A stretch of DNA of 58,163 nucleotides from a virus (Duplodnaviria; Caudoviricetes). Positions within the stretch are counted from its first letter, which is position 1. The number at the start of each line of letters is the position of its first letter. The notes beneath the pieces are model-generated. The model was not told where the DNA came from, searched no databases, and saw only the letters and a program-made list of their open reading frames with translations. Positions 18,989-27,529 of this stretch are shown piece after piece. A program made the position numbers and the translations under genes. Location of the stretch: positions 1 through 58,163 of the IMG/VR virus record IMGVR_UViG_3300048044_000016. One strand, 5' to 3'.

Positions 18989-20587
18989 TTAGAACGTCTG
19001 GGTTCCCGTCGGCTGGCTGATGTTGGTCAGGATAGCGAAGGCCGGGGCGAAGTACAGAGCGAACGTCTCATCGACATACACGCCGTACTCATTGCGCCGG
19101 GTGCGCAGGGGCCAGGACACTTGCACATAGTCCTGACGAACACGCGCTTCAAGGATGTTGGCCACACCGCTCAGCGGATACGGGGAGCGATCAGACCAGA
19201 ACAGGATCGTGCCCGGAGGCAGGTTGGGGTGCGTTTCAATCGGCAGCGTGTTGCCGTAGATCTTGTTCTTGTAGGCGTTGACCGCGCGCCCGGCAACGAT
19301 CTGAGAACCGCTTCCCGAGTCCGCCTCAAACACCATGCGGAGGCTGTTGTTGGTGCTGGCCGTGTTCAAGAACTGAGCAATGTTCGAGTTCAGGTCGGTG
19401 GAGCTGACCAGAATCCGGTCAAAGCCAATCTTGTACTGGTCGTAAGCTGCCTGGAAAACGGCGTCGAACTCGGTGATGCTGGTGCCGGCGATGGTCAGTC
19501 CAGTATTGCCGCTGGCGCCTTGGAAGATCAGCGCACCGGAGCCAGCATAGCCGAGCGTGCCGCTGGCCAAAACGGGAAGGTTCGGGTTGGTTGCCATGGC
19601 GGTGCCAGGAGCGGAACCGGATACAGAACCGTTGATCTGGCTGAGGATGCCATCGGGAAGCAGGGTGTTGGTCGAATTGTCCTGATACGCGCCGTTGACC
19701 TGGAGAGCGGTGATCAGTTGATTGGTGGTGGACGGGACAGAGCTGAACTTCGCCTGGTTCGTGGTGGTGATGCCCTGGAGCCGGGCCGCGCCGCTTACGG
19801 TCCCGAAGTACCACGCGTAGGCTACGGCGTTGACCACGGGGGTAACGGTTGCGGTGATGATCTGGCCGGCAGTCGGGGTGATGGTGGCCTGTGCCGAAGG
19901 TTGAGCCGATCCGCCGCCCACGTTGGTGATGGTTCCCGTGGTGCTGGTCAGTGTGACCTGCCCAGGGATGCCGTTGGCCATGCTGCCGGTGCGCCAGCCC
20001 GCATGACTAAGGGCAACGCAAACGAGGTAGTAGGGTACGTTCGACAGCGCCGAGGTAGTGGTAGTGCTGGCAGCAGTCAAGGTGGGCGTGGGAGTGATGC
20101 CCAGCGGGGTGGAGGCGTTGCCGCCGATGAGCGTCTGCTCTTCGCCCACCATGACACCTTGGAGCGTGGCCTGGATCGTCACGCCTTGAGCGTCGGGCTT
20201 GAGGTTGAGAGCGGCCAGACGGGCTTCCCAAGACACAGAACCTTCGAGTCCCATCGTCTTGTAGCTCGCCAGTTGGTCCTGAACTGTGATGGCGGAAGCG
20301 GCCGCGCGCTCGCCCTCAGGCACGCCGATGGAGACGTTGTTGACGTTGATGCCGGTGACCCTCTTCCAACGGTGCGCCGTGCCACCGTCGGCAGGGACGC
20401 GGGGGAGGCTGGAGATCAGCGGAATCAACTGCTTGAACGGGTGCATTTCCTGAACGATGCGGCTCAGGTCGTACCACACCAGCCCTGTGTTCTGGTCAAC
20501 AGTGTCGGCCTTTGCGAGAGTGCCAACACGCTCGTCAATGGCCTGCTTGAAAGTGTCGCTTTGCAGGAACTTCTCAAATTCATTCAT
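18989..20587 (-). CDS. Major capsid protein (large, with insertion domain)
   Basis: 532 aa after protease/scaffold; LPRV..G.AH.W, EE..LIGG, DGIL, IETHPNLP.G, YGVY.DE..A.Y.P motifs; followed by terminator. Confidence 0.8.
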   Translation of the reverse strand: MNEFEKFLQSDTFKQAIDERVGTLAKADTVDQNTGLVWYDLSRIVQEMHPFKQLIPLISSLPRVPADGGTAHRWKRVTGINVNNVSIGVPEGERAAASAITVQDQLASYKTMGLEGSVSWEARLAALNLKPDAQGVTIQATLQGVMVGEEQTLIGGNASTPLGITPTPTLTAASTTTTSALSNVPYYLVCVALSHAGWRTGSMANGIPGQVTLTSTTGTITNVGGGSAQPSAQATITPTAGQIITATVTPVVNAVAYAWYFGTVSGAARLQGITTTNQAKFSSVPSTTNQLITALQVNGAYQDNSTNTLLPDGILSQINGSVSGSAPGTAMATNPNLPVLASGTLGYAGSGALIFQGASGNTGLTIAGTSITEFDAVFQAAYDQYKIGFDRILVSSTDLNSNIAQFLNTASTNNSLRMVFEADSGSGSQIVAGRAVNAYKNKIYGNTLPIETHPNLPPGTILFWSDRSPYPLSGVANILEARVRQDYVQVSWPLRTRRNEYGVYVDETFALYFAPAFAILTNISQPTGTQTF

Positions 20588-20650
20588 CTCAGATTCTCCT
20601 ATTGCCGAGTTGTTGACTAAAAACTGGAACCGCTGTGAACTGCGCCGGGT

Positions 20651-22285
20651 CTAGTTGCCGCCCAGGTCAATCTTGAAGTTGGGGTCATTGATCGACTTCG
20701 CAAACCCGCTGCCAGGGGTGCACATCAGGCCAAAAGCGCGGGCAGTTGCCTGCTCAGAGCTGCGCTGGTCGTTCGGGTCGGCTTCGGAAAGCGACTTGTT
20801 GATCATCCGATTGAAGTCGGCCTTTCCGTCGCTGGCCGGGAACACATCTCCGGTCGAACTGGCAACGAACAACTTCGGGCGACGGCCAGCAGAGGGCTGA
20901 TTCTCGATCACAGACATCTGACCCTTCAGGAAAGCGTTGTCGGCGATCAGTGGGGCGGTAGCTTCGGCCACAGCGGCCTTGACCATCGTCGCAATCGCAG
21001 CCGCCGAATAGGGCGAGTCTCCAGCGCCGCGGAAGGTGTTGCCCTCAACTTCGCCTTCAGTCATGCGCCGGGGGGAAAGCTCTTCCACGTTCTCCGAAGC
21101 AGGCTCTTCGCCCAAGTCAGTTTCCGCCTTCTCTCCATCCCATCCAGTCATGGCCTTGCCGAGTGCAGCGTGAGCCAGTTCGTGATGGTCGGCAATGTCG
21201 TTCATGTGTCCTGAAAGCGCCGTCAAGTGCTTCTTGAACTCATCGCCACCGTCGGCCGCCTTGCCCATGCACTTGTGAAGGGCTTCAAGCTCATCGACCG
21301 CTTTGCCGTGGGAGGCCGATGCCTTCTTGATGTGGTCATCGGCTTTCTTGATGGCCGCCTTATGCATTGCCCCGAAACGCTTCTGAAGGTCAGTTGCCAT
21401 GATGGTGCTCTCCTTTTGCTTGGTGCTGCCCGGCCAGTCGGCGGGTAGAAGATGTGTTGCGTTCAGCGCTTTCGCGCGAGAGATGATGTGAGCCTTGGCT
21501 TTCTCAGGGTCCGATGCGCGGCCAAAGGCTTTGACGGCGTTCTCAAGGTCCGAGACGTTCGCAATCGGATAGCTACCATCAGGAAGGGCGATGCCTTGGG
21601 ATGCGAGATGTTTGCGCTGCTTGTCGCTGAACTCGCGCTTCTCAAAGTCCGTATCGGCCAGAATCTTGTTCAGTTCCGTCATCTCGTCGGCGGTAAGTTC
21701 ATCGGACTCAACAGGACTCGGAACCGCTTCAGGAGCGGCCTTTGCGAGCTCAGGAAGTGCAATCTTGCCCATTCCGAGAATCGTTCGAAACGTGTCAAGC
21801 GCTTTTTCCATCAAAGTCTCGTTACTGGTTTGATTCTCCATCGACCCTCCAAAGGCGAGTCCCCCGGCAATCTTCACGATGTCGATGCGGCAGTCGGAGT
21901 TCGCTGGCCGGTCGACGAGGCTGATCTCTCGCAAGGAAAGCGCCTTGACCACATCGCCAACCTTCTCCAGCTTGGAACCGCCGATGCTGAAGCCCTTGTA
22001 GACGCCTTCCTTGCACAGTTTCCATGCGGCGGGATCAACGATCTTGGCGCCGATGTAGAGTCCTTTGGCGTCAATGTGGGCCTCTTTGGTCACGCCAACG
22101 GCATTGTTGGTGTGCATGGTCCTGATGTTCGCCCACTTCATGTAGTCGGGGAGGGCGGCCTTGATGGCGTCCAGCGGAACAATCTCCCCTTGCAGGTCCT
22201 TTGATGGTGTTGAGGCGTAACCCCAGACCATTCCGCTCTGCGCGTCCACCTTTTCAATCGGGAGAAATACGCTGAAATCGTCCAT
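20651..22285 (-). CDS. Prohead protease-scaffold fusion
   Basis: VWGYAST..DLQGE, IRTMH, YKGFSIGG, EISLVDRPAN protease motifs; then R..LA..G.ALPDGSYPI module and helical scaffold. Confidence 0.85.
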   Translation of the reverse strand: MDDFSVFLPIEKVDAQSGMVWGYASTPSKDLQGEIVPLDAIKAALPDYMKWANIRTMHTNNAVGVTKEAHIDAKGLYIGAKIVDPAAWKLCKEGVYKGFSIGGSKLEKVGDVVKALSLREISLVDRPANSDCRIDIVKIAGGLAFGGSMENQTSNETLMEKALDTFRTILGMGKIALPELAKAAPEAVPSPVESDELTADEMTELNKILADTDFEKREFSDKQRKHLASQGIALPDGSYPIANVSDLENAVKAFGRASDPEKAKAHIISRAKALNATHLLPADWPGSTKQKESTIMATDLQKRFGAMHKAAIKKADDHIKKASASHGKAVDELEALHKCMGKAADGGDEFKKHLTALSGHMNDIADHHELAHAALGKAMTGWDGEKAETDLGEEPASENVEELSPRRMTEGEVEGNTFRGAGDSPYSAAAIATMVKAAVAEATAPLIADNAFLKGQMSVIENQPSAGRRPKLFVASSTGDVFPASDGKADFNRMINKSLSEADPNDQRSSEQATARAFGLMCTPGSGFAKSINDPNFKIDLGGN

Positions 22286-22300
22286 CTGGCTCCTGTAAAC

Positions 22301-22385
22301 GCAAAAAGGCCCGGACGATTGAGCTTTGATAAGCCGTCGCGTCCGAGCCAGATTGTTTCTGTACCCGTCGATTGAGATATTACCA
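22301..22385 (-). promoter_or_regulatory. Late-operon promoter + conserved leader + terminator hairpin (copy 2, before protease/capsid)
   Basis: Minus strand: TGG-TAATAT-N4-ATCGACGGGTACAGAA ... GGCTCGGACG..GGCTTATCAAAGCT..CGTCCGGGCC-TTTTT. Confidence 0.65.
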
Positions 22386-22412
22386 CAGCAGGACAGATAA
22401 GCTCTTCAGGAC

Positions 22413-22446
22413 AAAAAGAGCCCGACATCTTCGCGGGATGTCGGGC
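22413..22446 (-). terminator. Intrinsic terminator
   Basis: GCCCGACATC..GATGTCGGGC perfect 10-bp stem followed by TCTTTTT. Confidence 0.75.
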
Positions 22447-22488
22447 ATGAGGACTATGTATTCCAAGGAGGTCGCCGGTACCACCGGT

Positions 22489-22881
22489 CTAACGAGATTC
22501 TACGCGAGTACCTATCGGCTTGATGCGCGGATCGCTGTTGGGCTTCATTGAGAGTGAAATCTCAGTAAGACGCAGATTTGTGATGGTCCTGATCTTGTTT
22601 CCATCGGGCTTGACCGGATCACAAACGCCGCCGATGGACGGAATGTATCCCTTGAATGATCCATGCTCGGCTTCAACACGAAACGGGATGCTGATCTTTG
22701 CTTTGATGGTGTTTCCGTGAACAGAGAGAACAGCTTCCCCGATTTTCCCGTTAGGCTGTTTGATGTCGAAGTCTTTGACGACGCGGACAGGATTCGTAAA
22801 GGACACATTCTCGATTGAGATGGAGTCGTTGTCCTGATCCACTGTGCCGTCTGCAATCAAAACCACTGCTTCATATTCCAC
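22489..22881 (-). CDS. Degenerate prohead-protease-like protein
   Basis: GTG start after GGAGG; VDQDND.I, IG, PSIGG and LTEISLS.KP motifs parallel the downstream protease. Confidence 0.5.
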   Translation of the reverse strand: MEYEAVVLIADGTVDQDNDSISIENVSFTNPVRVVKDFDIKQPNGKIGEAVLSVHGNTIKAKISIPFRVEAEHGSFKGYIPSIGGVCDPVKPDGNKIRTITNLRLTEISLSMKPNSDPRIKPIGTRVESR

Positions 22882-22885
22882 GGTG

Positions 22886-23230
22886 TTACCTCCACAGTCC
22901 GAGTTTCTTTTCCAGTTGCCATCCTCCACCTCCTGAGACCATTCTCATGCGCTTGCGGAAGTTGAGTTGGCGCTTGGTGAAGTAAACGGTTGCATGAACG
23001 CGCACGATCTCTTTGGCCTCTCCGCGGGTCCAAAGCTGTTCAATGGTGTAGTCGCTTCTTTTGACCACTGACTCCAGTTCGTTCAGGTGGTATCCCTCGC
23101 GGATGAACTGTATTGCCAGTTCGCGGAGAGCCGCCTCACGTTTGCGCAGTCGCTCCTTCATGGCAAACTGGAGAATCTGCTCGTGAGGCGATGGCGGGTC
23201 AAGATAGTTGATCGGGTAGGCCACTGCCAA
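22886..23230 (-). CDS. Hypothetical protein
   Basis: 114 aa ORF in a tight run. Confidence 0.5.
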   Translation of the reverse strand: MAVAYPINYLDPPSPHEQILQFAMKERLRKREAALRELAIQFIREGYHLNELESVVKRSDYTIEQLWTRGEAKEIVRVHATVYFTKRQLNFRKRMRMVSGGGGWQLEKKLGLWR

Positions 23231-23516
23231 CCTCCACGGTTGCCACTTCTCCCAAGTGCATACCGCCGATCATTACCCTATCGGCTACTTCTTCGAGCGT
23301 CCTCTTGCGCTCCCATACGAAGTTGAACGTCGCGGGGCCAACCTGGACCATGCGGAACTCGTCGTTGGGGAACTGTGTTTCGAGCGAGTCGGCCACGTTG
23401 GAAAGTACTTCAAACTCGCCGCCAGGCTTGAACACGTTGCCTTTGCCGGCTGCCAGGATGACGGTCTTATGGGTCCTGTTGCCAGGTGCAAACATCTTGA
23501 TGGTGAGCTTCTTCAC
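23199..23516 (-). CDS. Hypothetical protein
   Basis: 105 aa, GGAGG RBS, coupled to the upstream stop. Confidence 0.6.
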   Translation of the reverse strand: MKKLTIKMFAPGNRTHKTVILAAGKGNVFKPGGEFEVLSNVADSLETQFPNDEFRMVQVGPATFNFVWERKRTLEEVADRVMIGGMHLGEVATVEVGSGLPDQLS

Positions 23517-23917
23517 TTCGCCTCCAAAAGCAAAACCTTGTCACCGTATCCTTTGACTCCACCTAGCCTTATCGATTTGCCGGTGTACTTGGATAGGTAT
23601 GCGGCATATACGGGGCTATCGTACAGTGGATCCATAAAACCGATTTTGCCCAATGCGTATCGGGTGAGCCACTTCAATCTATCTTCGTCCATCAGGATTT
23701 TGGTCGGCTCTGGAACGTGGTCGATGTACCTTTGTTTGAGAATCGCATCGAATTCTTTAATCTCGCCATAGGCAGTTGGCGTGGACATCGGGATTCGAAT
23801 CTCAGTCCATTCATGACCACGACGACGCCATATTCTCGGTGCTTTCTTGCGCAACGGTGCGGTCACTTCGATCTCGCTTTCTGTTGGTTGAGAGCCCGCG
23901 CAATCCTCTGCATCCAC
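23513..23917 (-). CDS. Hypothetical protein (start uncertain)
   Basis: ORF in co-oriented run. Confidence 0.5.
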   Translation of the reverse strand: MDAEDCAGSQPTESEIEVTAPLRKKAPRIWRRRGHEWTEIRIPMSTPTAYGEIKEFDAILKQRYIDHVPEPTKILMDEDRLKWLTRYALGKIGFMDPLYDSPVYAAYLSKYTGKSIRLGGVKGYGDKVLLLEAK

Positions 23918-23984
23918 TTCAGGGCTCGCAAGACGTGACGAGGGCCGCGCGCAAAGCGCATACGGCCCGGTAGACGGGGGATGT

Positions 23985-24146
23985 TCACTTGAGTTTCCCT
24001 TCGATTCGCGCCAGTGTCAGAAGGATTGACCCTATGGCGATGCAGATAAAGCATTGAGTGGGTTCTGTCTTCCAGATGTCAAGAGCCTTGAAAACGCAGA
24101 CGATTCCCAACATAGACGTCGCCGAATTCCAGAAAGGAAATCTCAT
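23985..24146 (-). CDS. Small membrane protein
   Basis: MRFPFWNS... with two hydrophobic stretches; ATGA overlap with the upstream gene. Confidence 0.5.
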   Translation of the reverse strand: MRFPFWNSATSMLGIVCVFKALDIWKTEPTQCFICIAIGSILLTLARIEGKLK

Positions 24147-24736
24147 CCCTCCACCCACTTCCCCAACCCCTTCGCTACAGCGATGGTCGCCAGGGTCATG
24201 CTGCGCACCGTGGCGATGGTGCCGATGCTCACCACTCGCCCTTGGCTTTCCAGTTCGCGCATGATCTGCGCCTGGTTCCAGTCGGTGTGGAGCATCACCA
24301 GCGCGCGGACGGCATCGGTTGCGGTGTGCCTGGGGTTCAGAGCGTGCGGCGAGTCCTGATCTCCCAGAGGAACTGTACCGAGAGCGGCCTCGGCTTGCGC
24401 GGGTGCGTCCGCGGGCCATCCGGCATCCACCACGGCATCGATGATGGGATCGGCGGGCGCGGCGCCCTTGTAACTATCATTGCTGACAGGACCATCATGG
24501 CCGTCGAGGATGCCGAATCCGGGGCAATGCTCGGGGTCCTGATGGTGCTTCACTCGGATAGCTTGGGCGTTGTACCACTCGCGCGCCGGTTCGCCCAGTT
24601 TGAACCAGGCTTCATCGGAAGCCTTCGATACGGCCAGCACTAGGCGCCGCAAGTGATGTGCGTCAGGCTCGCCCTCAGCTTGTGGCAAGAACTCTGTGCC
24701 GGCCGCTGCCAGCAGTTCACTGTAGATAGTGCTCAA
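24143..24736 (-). CDS. Hypothetical protein with possible C-terminal HTH
   Basis: TTG start after CAGGAG; WNQAQIMRELESQGRVVSIGTI pattern. Confidence 0.55.
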   Translation of the reverse strand: MSTIYSELLAAAGTEFLPQAEGEPDAHHLRRLVLAVSKASDEAWFKLGEPAREWYNAQAIRVKHHQDPEHCPGFGILDGHDGPVSNDSYKGAAPADPIIDAVVDAGWPADAPAQAEAALGTVPLGDQDSPHALNPRHTATDAVRALVMLHTDWNQAQIMRELESQGRVVSIGTIATVRSMTLATIAVAKGLGKWVEG

Positions 24737-24903
24737 GATTGCATCTCCTGTTTCTTCCTGCCGATCAGGCTTACGAGCAGGTTGCATTGGGTTGGGGTGA
24801 ATGTTTCGTGTCCCGGCCAGTTGTCCTCAATCAAGTTCAGGACCTCAATCATCGGCACGTGGGTCTTCTCGTAGACCTCGTCGATCATCTCGGGGAGCGT
24901 CAC
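24733..24903 (-). CDS. Small hypothetical protein (56 aa), absent from the ORF track
   Basis: MTLPEMIDEVYEKTHVPMIEVLNLIEDNW..., overlapping both neighbours by 4 nt. Confidence 0.5.
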   Translation of the reverse strand: MTLPEMIDEVYEKTHVPMIEVLNLIEDNWPGHETFTPTQCNLLVSLIGRKKQEMQS

Positions 24904-25076
24904 GCGGGTCCTACTTTCATGATGATTGCCGCCACCAAAACCCGCGCTTGAGCATAAGTCATCTCAATGCGACCTCCTCCCAATGTTAGGACTAAGCTCC
25001 CAATCTGACCATCTGGAGAAACCGCAGTGGGGTGAAAGGTCGCATCAAGTCCTCTATCTGTTTTTTTAGACTTCAT
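24900..25076 (-). CDS. Small hypothetical protein
   Basis: MKSKKTDRG..., ATGA overlap. Confidence 0.5.
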   Translation of the reverse strand: MKSKKTDRGLDATFHPTAVSPDGQIGSLVLTLGGGRIEMTYAQARVLVAAIIMKVGPA

Positions 25077-25294
25077 ACGCGCCTCGGTTCTGCCGGCGGG
25101 TGAGTCCCGTACTTGGCGATGAACTCGTCTGCCATGCCAAAAGGGCAAGATTCTCCATGCACTTCTGGAGAGTCATCTGGGGTTATTTCCCCACACAAGC
25201 AGCAATATCCCTCTGCTGAACGGTCATCGTCTGTCACCTCGTGCAGAATCCTCACAATTGCTTCGGCGTCTGCTTGTCTGTTGGTTTGGTACAC
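25073..25294 (-). CDS. Small Cys/His zinc-finger-like protein
   Basis: GTG start after AAGGAG; CCLC..H..CP. Confidence 0.5.
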   Translation of the reverse strand: MYQTNRQADAEAIVRILHEVTDDDRSAEGYCCLCGEITPDDSPEVHGESCPFGMADEFIAKYGTHPPAEPRRV

Positions 25295-25296
25295 GT

Positions 25297-25545
25297 CTAC
25301 TCCTTTGAGGCTGCCAATGCAGCGCTGCGGTGGCTTGCATAGCCACTCCAAGTTATTCCATCCACTCCGAACACTTCCATGTGGGTGAGGTCCTTTGGAA
25401 CCAACGTGGCCTTCTGAGTCCTGTTGAGGACGGTTATCAGAGGCAGGATGCCCAACCGGCTTGCACATGCCGGGCACTGCTCTGGAGAGTCGCCGATCGC
25501 GTCACAATCAGCGCATAGGTAGGCATTGCGGAGGTTAACGTGCAT
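25297..25545 (-). CDS. Small zinc-ribbon protein
   Basis: CADC..CPAC motif. Confidence 0.6.
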   Translation of the reverse strand: MHVNLRNAYLCADCDAIGDSPEQCPACASRLGILPLITVLNRTQKATLVPKDLTHMEVFGVDGITWSGYASHRSAALAASKE

Positions 25546-25819
25546 GGGCCACCAGCCAATGTGCCAGGAGCATGATGGGGTGATGCAACTCCCATAAGCC
25601 CCAGATTACGAGTCCTGCCAGAACCTCAAGGGCCATCGCAGTGCCCGCTCCTACGAGTGCATCCTCGCCCAGCACTTCTCCGTCAGGCGTATGCAGTTTG
25701 CCGTTCTCGTCATATCCGTACTTGCTCATCACTTCATTGGTAATTCGTTCTGTTTCCGTCATCCAGAGACCTCTTTCTGAAACTGGGATTATTAAACCAT
25801 CACTCTCTTGATTTATCAA
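25535..25819 (-). CDS. Small membrane protein
   Basis: C-terminal hydrophobic helix. Confidence 0.5.
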   Translation of the reverse strand: MINQESDGLIIPVSERGLWMTETERITNEVMSKYGYDENGKLHTPDGEVLGEDALVGAGTAMALEVLAGLVIWGLWELHHPIMLLAHWLVAHAR

Positions 25820-25885
25820 GCGCTATTTTCGATAAGAGTCCTGATTCCCGCTTTGGGAATCTTCGCAGGTTATTAAACTTTTCTG

Positions 25886-25913
25886 TTGACATGCGTACCA
25901 GGGGTGCTATTCT
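25886..25913 (+). promoter_or_regulatory. Sigma70-like promoter for a counter-oriented two-gene unit
   Basis: TTGACA-N16-TATTCT with TG extension. Confidence 0.55.
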
Positions 25914-25963
25914 CGGTTTATCAACTAATTAGTTGTTGTCAATCAACCACACAAGGAGCAGAA

Positions 25964-26047
25964 ATGGACATCTACGGACGTTGGGACTGGCGCATTCTGG
26001 CTGTGCTGATTATCGGCGGATTGATTGCAGGGTGGCTGATAGGCTGA
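25964..26047 (+). CDS. 27-aa hydrophobic peptide, absent from the ORF track
   Basis: AAGGAG RBS; MDIYGRWDWRILAVLIIGGLIAGWLIG. Confidence 0.55.
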   Translation: MDIYGRWDWRILAVLIIGGLIAGWLIG

Positions 26048-26111
26048 AGCTACTACTCAAACGCAGTCGCAACCGAGCCGGGCGGTATATCCCGGCACAA
26101 GAAAGGGAACC

Positions 26112-26366
26112 ATGAACGTCGAACTCGAAATAGCCAAGAAGATCATCGCTGAAATGGAAGACACGCCAGACAAGTCGCCATCGGCCAAGAAGCACCGCGC
26201 GCGCATCGCGCTGATCGACTACCGGCTGTTTCTACTCGGCCGCAAGTCATATTCCGACCTCTGCTTAGTCAGGGCGAAGGCGATGCAAAGTGGAGTATCA
26301 GAACAGCAGTTGCTTGACGAGTCCTGCCGTATGCGGCAAATGTGGGCAGCGGGGAAACTACGCTAG
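26112..26366 (+). CDS. Hypothetical protein
   Basis: 84 aa, AAGGGA RBS. Confidence 0.6.
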   Translation: MNVELEIAKKIIAEMEDTPDKSPSAKKHRARIALIDYRLFLLGRKSYSDLCLVRAKAMQSGVSEQQLLDESCRMRQMWAAGKLR

Positions 26367-26557
26367 AGCTTCCCGCTCTGAAGAGTCTCCCAACGAATTG
26401 GCCGGCCATCCTCGAAGATCAGGATGAACCGGCCATAGAACTTTTCGGGAAGAATCGGCCTCAATGCCATGGCGGCGCGCAGGATCGATTCAGCCGTCAC
26501 CGGCATAGACTTCAGGGCTGACTCCTCGTCAATTCTTATGCGTCCTGTTGCCGCCAT
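26363..26557 (-). CDS. Small hypothetical protein
   Basis: 64 aa; FYG.F.L.FEDG pattern. Confidence 0.55.
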   Translation of the reverse strand: MAATGRIRIDEESALKSMPVTAESILRAAMALRPILPEKFYGRFILIFEDGRPIRWETLQSGKL

Positions 26558-26764
26558 CTATTTCGCCCTTTCCATGCGCTTGCAGTAGCGTCTGAACTTC
26601 AGTACTTTTGAGCGAGTTCCCCAGAATCCCAATTTTATGAACTGCGTTTTGTAAACCCACATGAACCGCCCTCTACGGACATAAGCGATTCTATGTAAGT
26701 TTCGCGTTGGGAAAAGCCCTACCCCCGCAATCTCTGGTGCGCCCCACGTCCCTGTGATCGCCAT
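26558..26764 (-). CDS. Small basic hypothetical protein
   Basis: 68 aa, abuts MuF stop. Confidence 0.45.
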   Translation of the reverse strand: MAITGTWGAPEIAGVGLFPTRNLHRIAYVRRGRFMWVYKTQFIKLGFWGTRSKVLKFRRYCKRMERAK

Positions 26765-27529
26765 CTATTCCTCGCCCTCTGATTCATCCTCGTCCTTCGA
26801 TTCAGAATACCCCATGCCACAACGATCATTCGGGTGAATAGGCGTGCAATCGTCGCCCGAAGGAAACGGCTCATCTATCGGGATGAGGCCGGCCTCAATG
26901 TTCCCCATGCACTCCTCGCACGCATCCCCTGATCCGATCTGCTGCTTGAACTTCTGCCCTGTGCCCTTGGCAGCCTCATGCTTTCCGTGGTTGTAGGCGT
27001 ACATGCTTTCAGTCCTGCTGATGGTCAGAGCGCGCGCCGCGCTGAAGTCCTCGCTCTGCAAGATGTTGTGCTGGAGTTCGGTTGTCGTCCACCCCTCATC
27101 GACCGATTTGCTTATCAACTCTCGCAGGTTCTCGCGTGTCGTCTCTGTGATGGCGTAGCGGGCATCAGGATTATCAACGATCTCGCCCTTGTCTGTGATG
27201 CGCTTGCCCACCAGATCCGCGCCGCGCTCCCGAGCCATCTGCCGCGCCTCGCCCAAGACTTTGGTCCACATGTCGCTGTCTTCCGCAATGCCGCGGTCAG
27301 TCAAGAACTCTGTGGCGCCGGCGACAGCATCAGTCTCAAGGTAGGGCGTCACCTCTGGAATCAGATCGCCCCAGTCCACCAGAACGTCTATCGTGTCCTG
27401 ATCTTCCGTCTTCTTCTTCGCAGCCTTCGCCAGTTTTTTGACGGTAAGTCCTGATGCCGCTTCTTTTCCTTTGCGCTTGAGGTAGGCCGCTAGTATCTGC
27501 TCCAGTGACTTCCCCGCTTTGCTAAAGGG
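26765..27529 (-). CDS. MuF-like minor head protein, probably translated by -1 frameshift from the portal
   Basis: ITETTRE.L, RALTISRTE..AYN.G, C..C and P.HPNDRC MuF motifs; no convincing independent start. Confidence 0.85.
   Translation of the reverse strand, partial: PFSKAGKSLEQILAAYLKRKGKEAASGLTVKKLAKAAKKKTEDQDTIDVLVDWGDLIPEVTPYLETDAVAGATEFLTDRGIAEDSDMWTKVLGEARQMARERGADLVGKRITDKGEIVDNPDARYAITETTRENLRELISKSVDEGWTTTELQHNILQSEDFSAARALTISRTESMYAYNHGKHEAAKGTGQKFKQQIGSGDACEECMGNIEAGLIPIDEPFPSGDDCTPIHPNDRCGMGYSESKDEDESEGEE

Noticed and set aside
19121-20620. 499-aa plus-strand ORF (also 28180-29262 and 12768-13595)
   Set aside because: Antisense shadows of capsid, portal and sheath genes caused by GC-rich codon bias; no recognisable motifs
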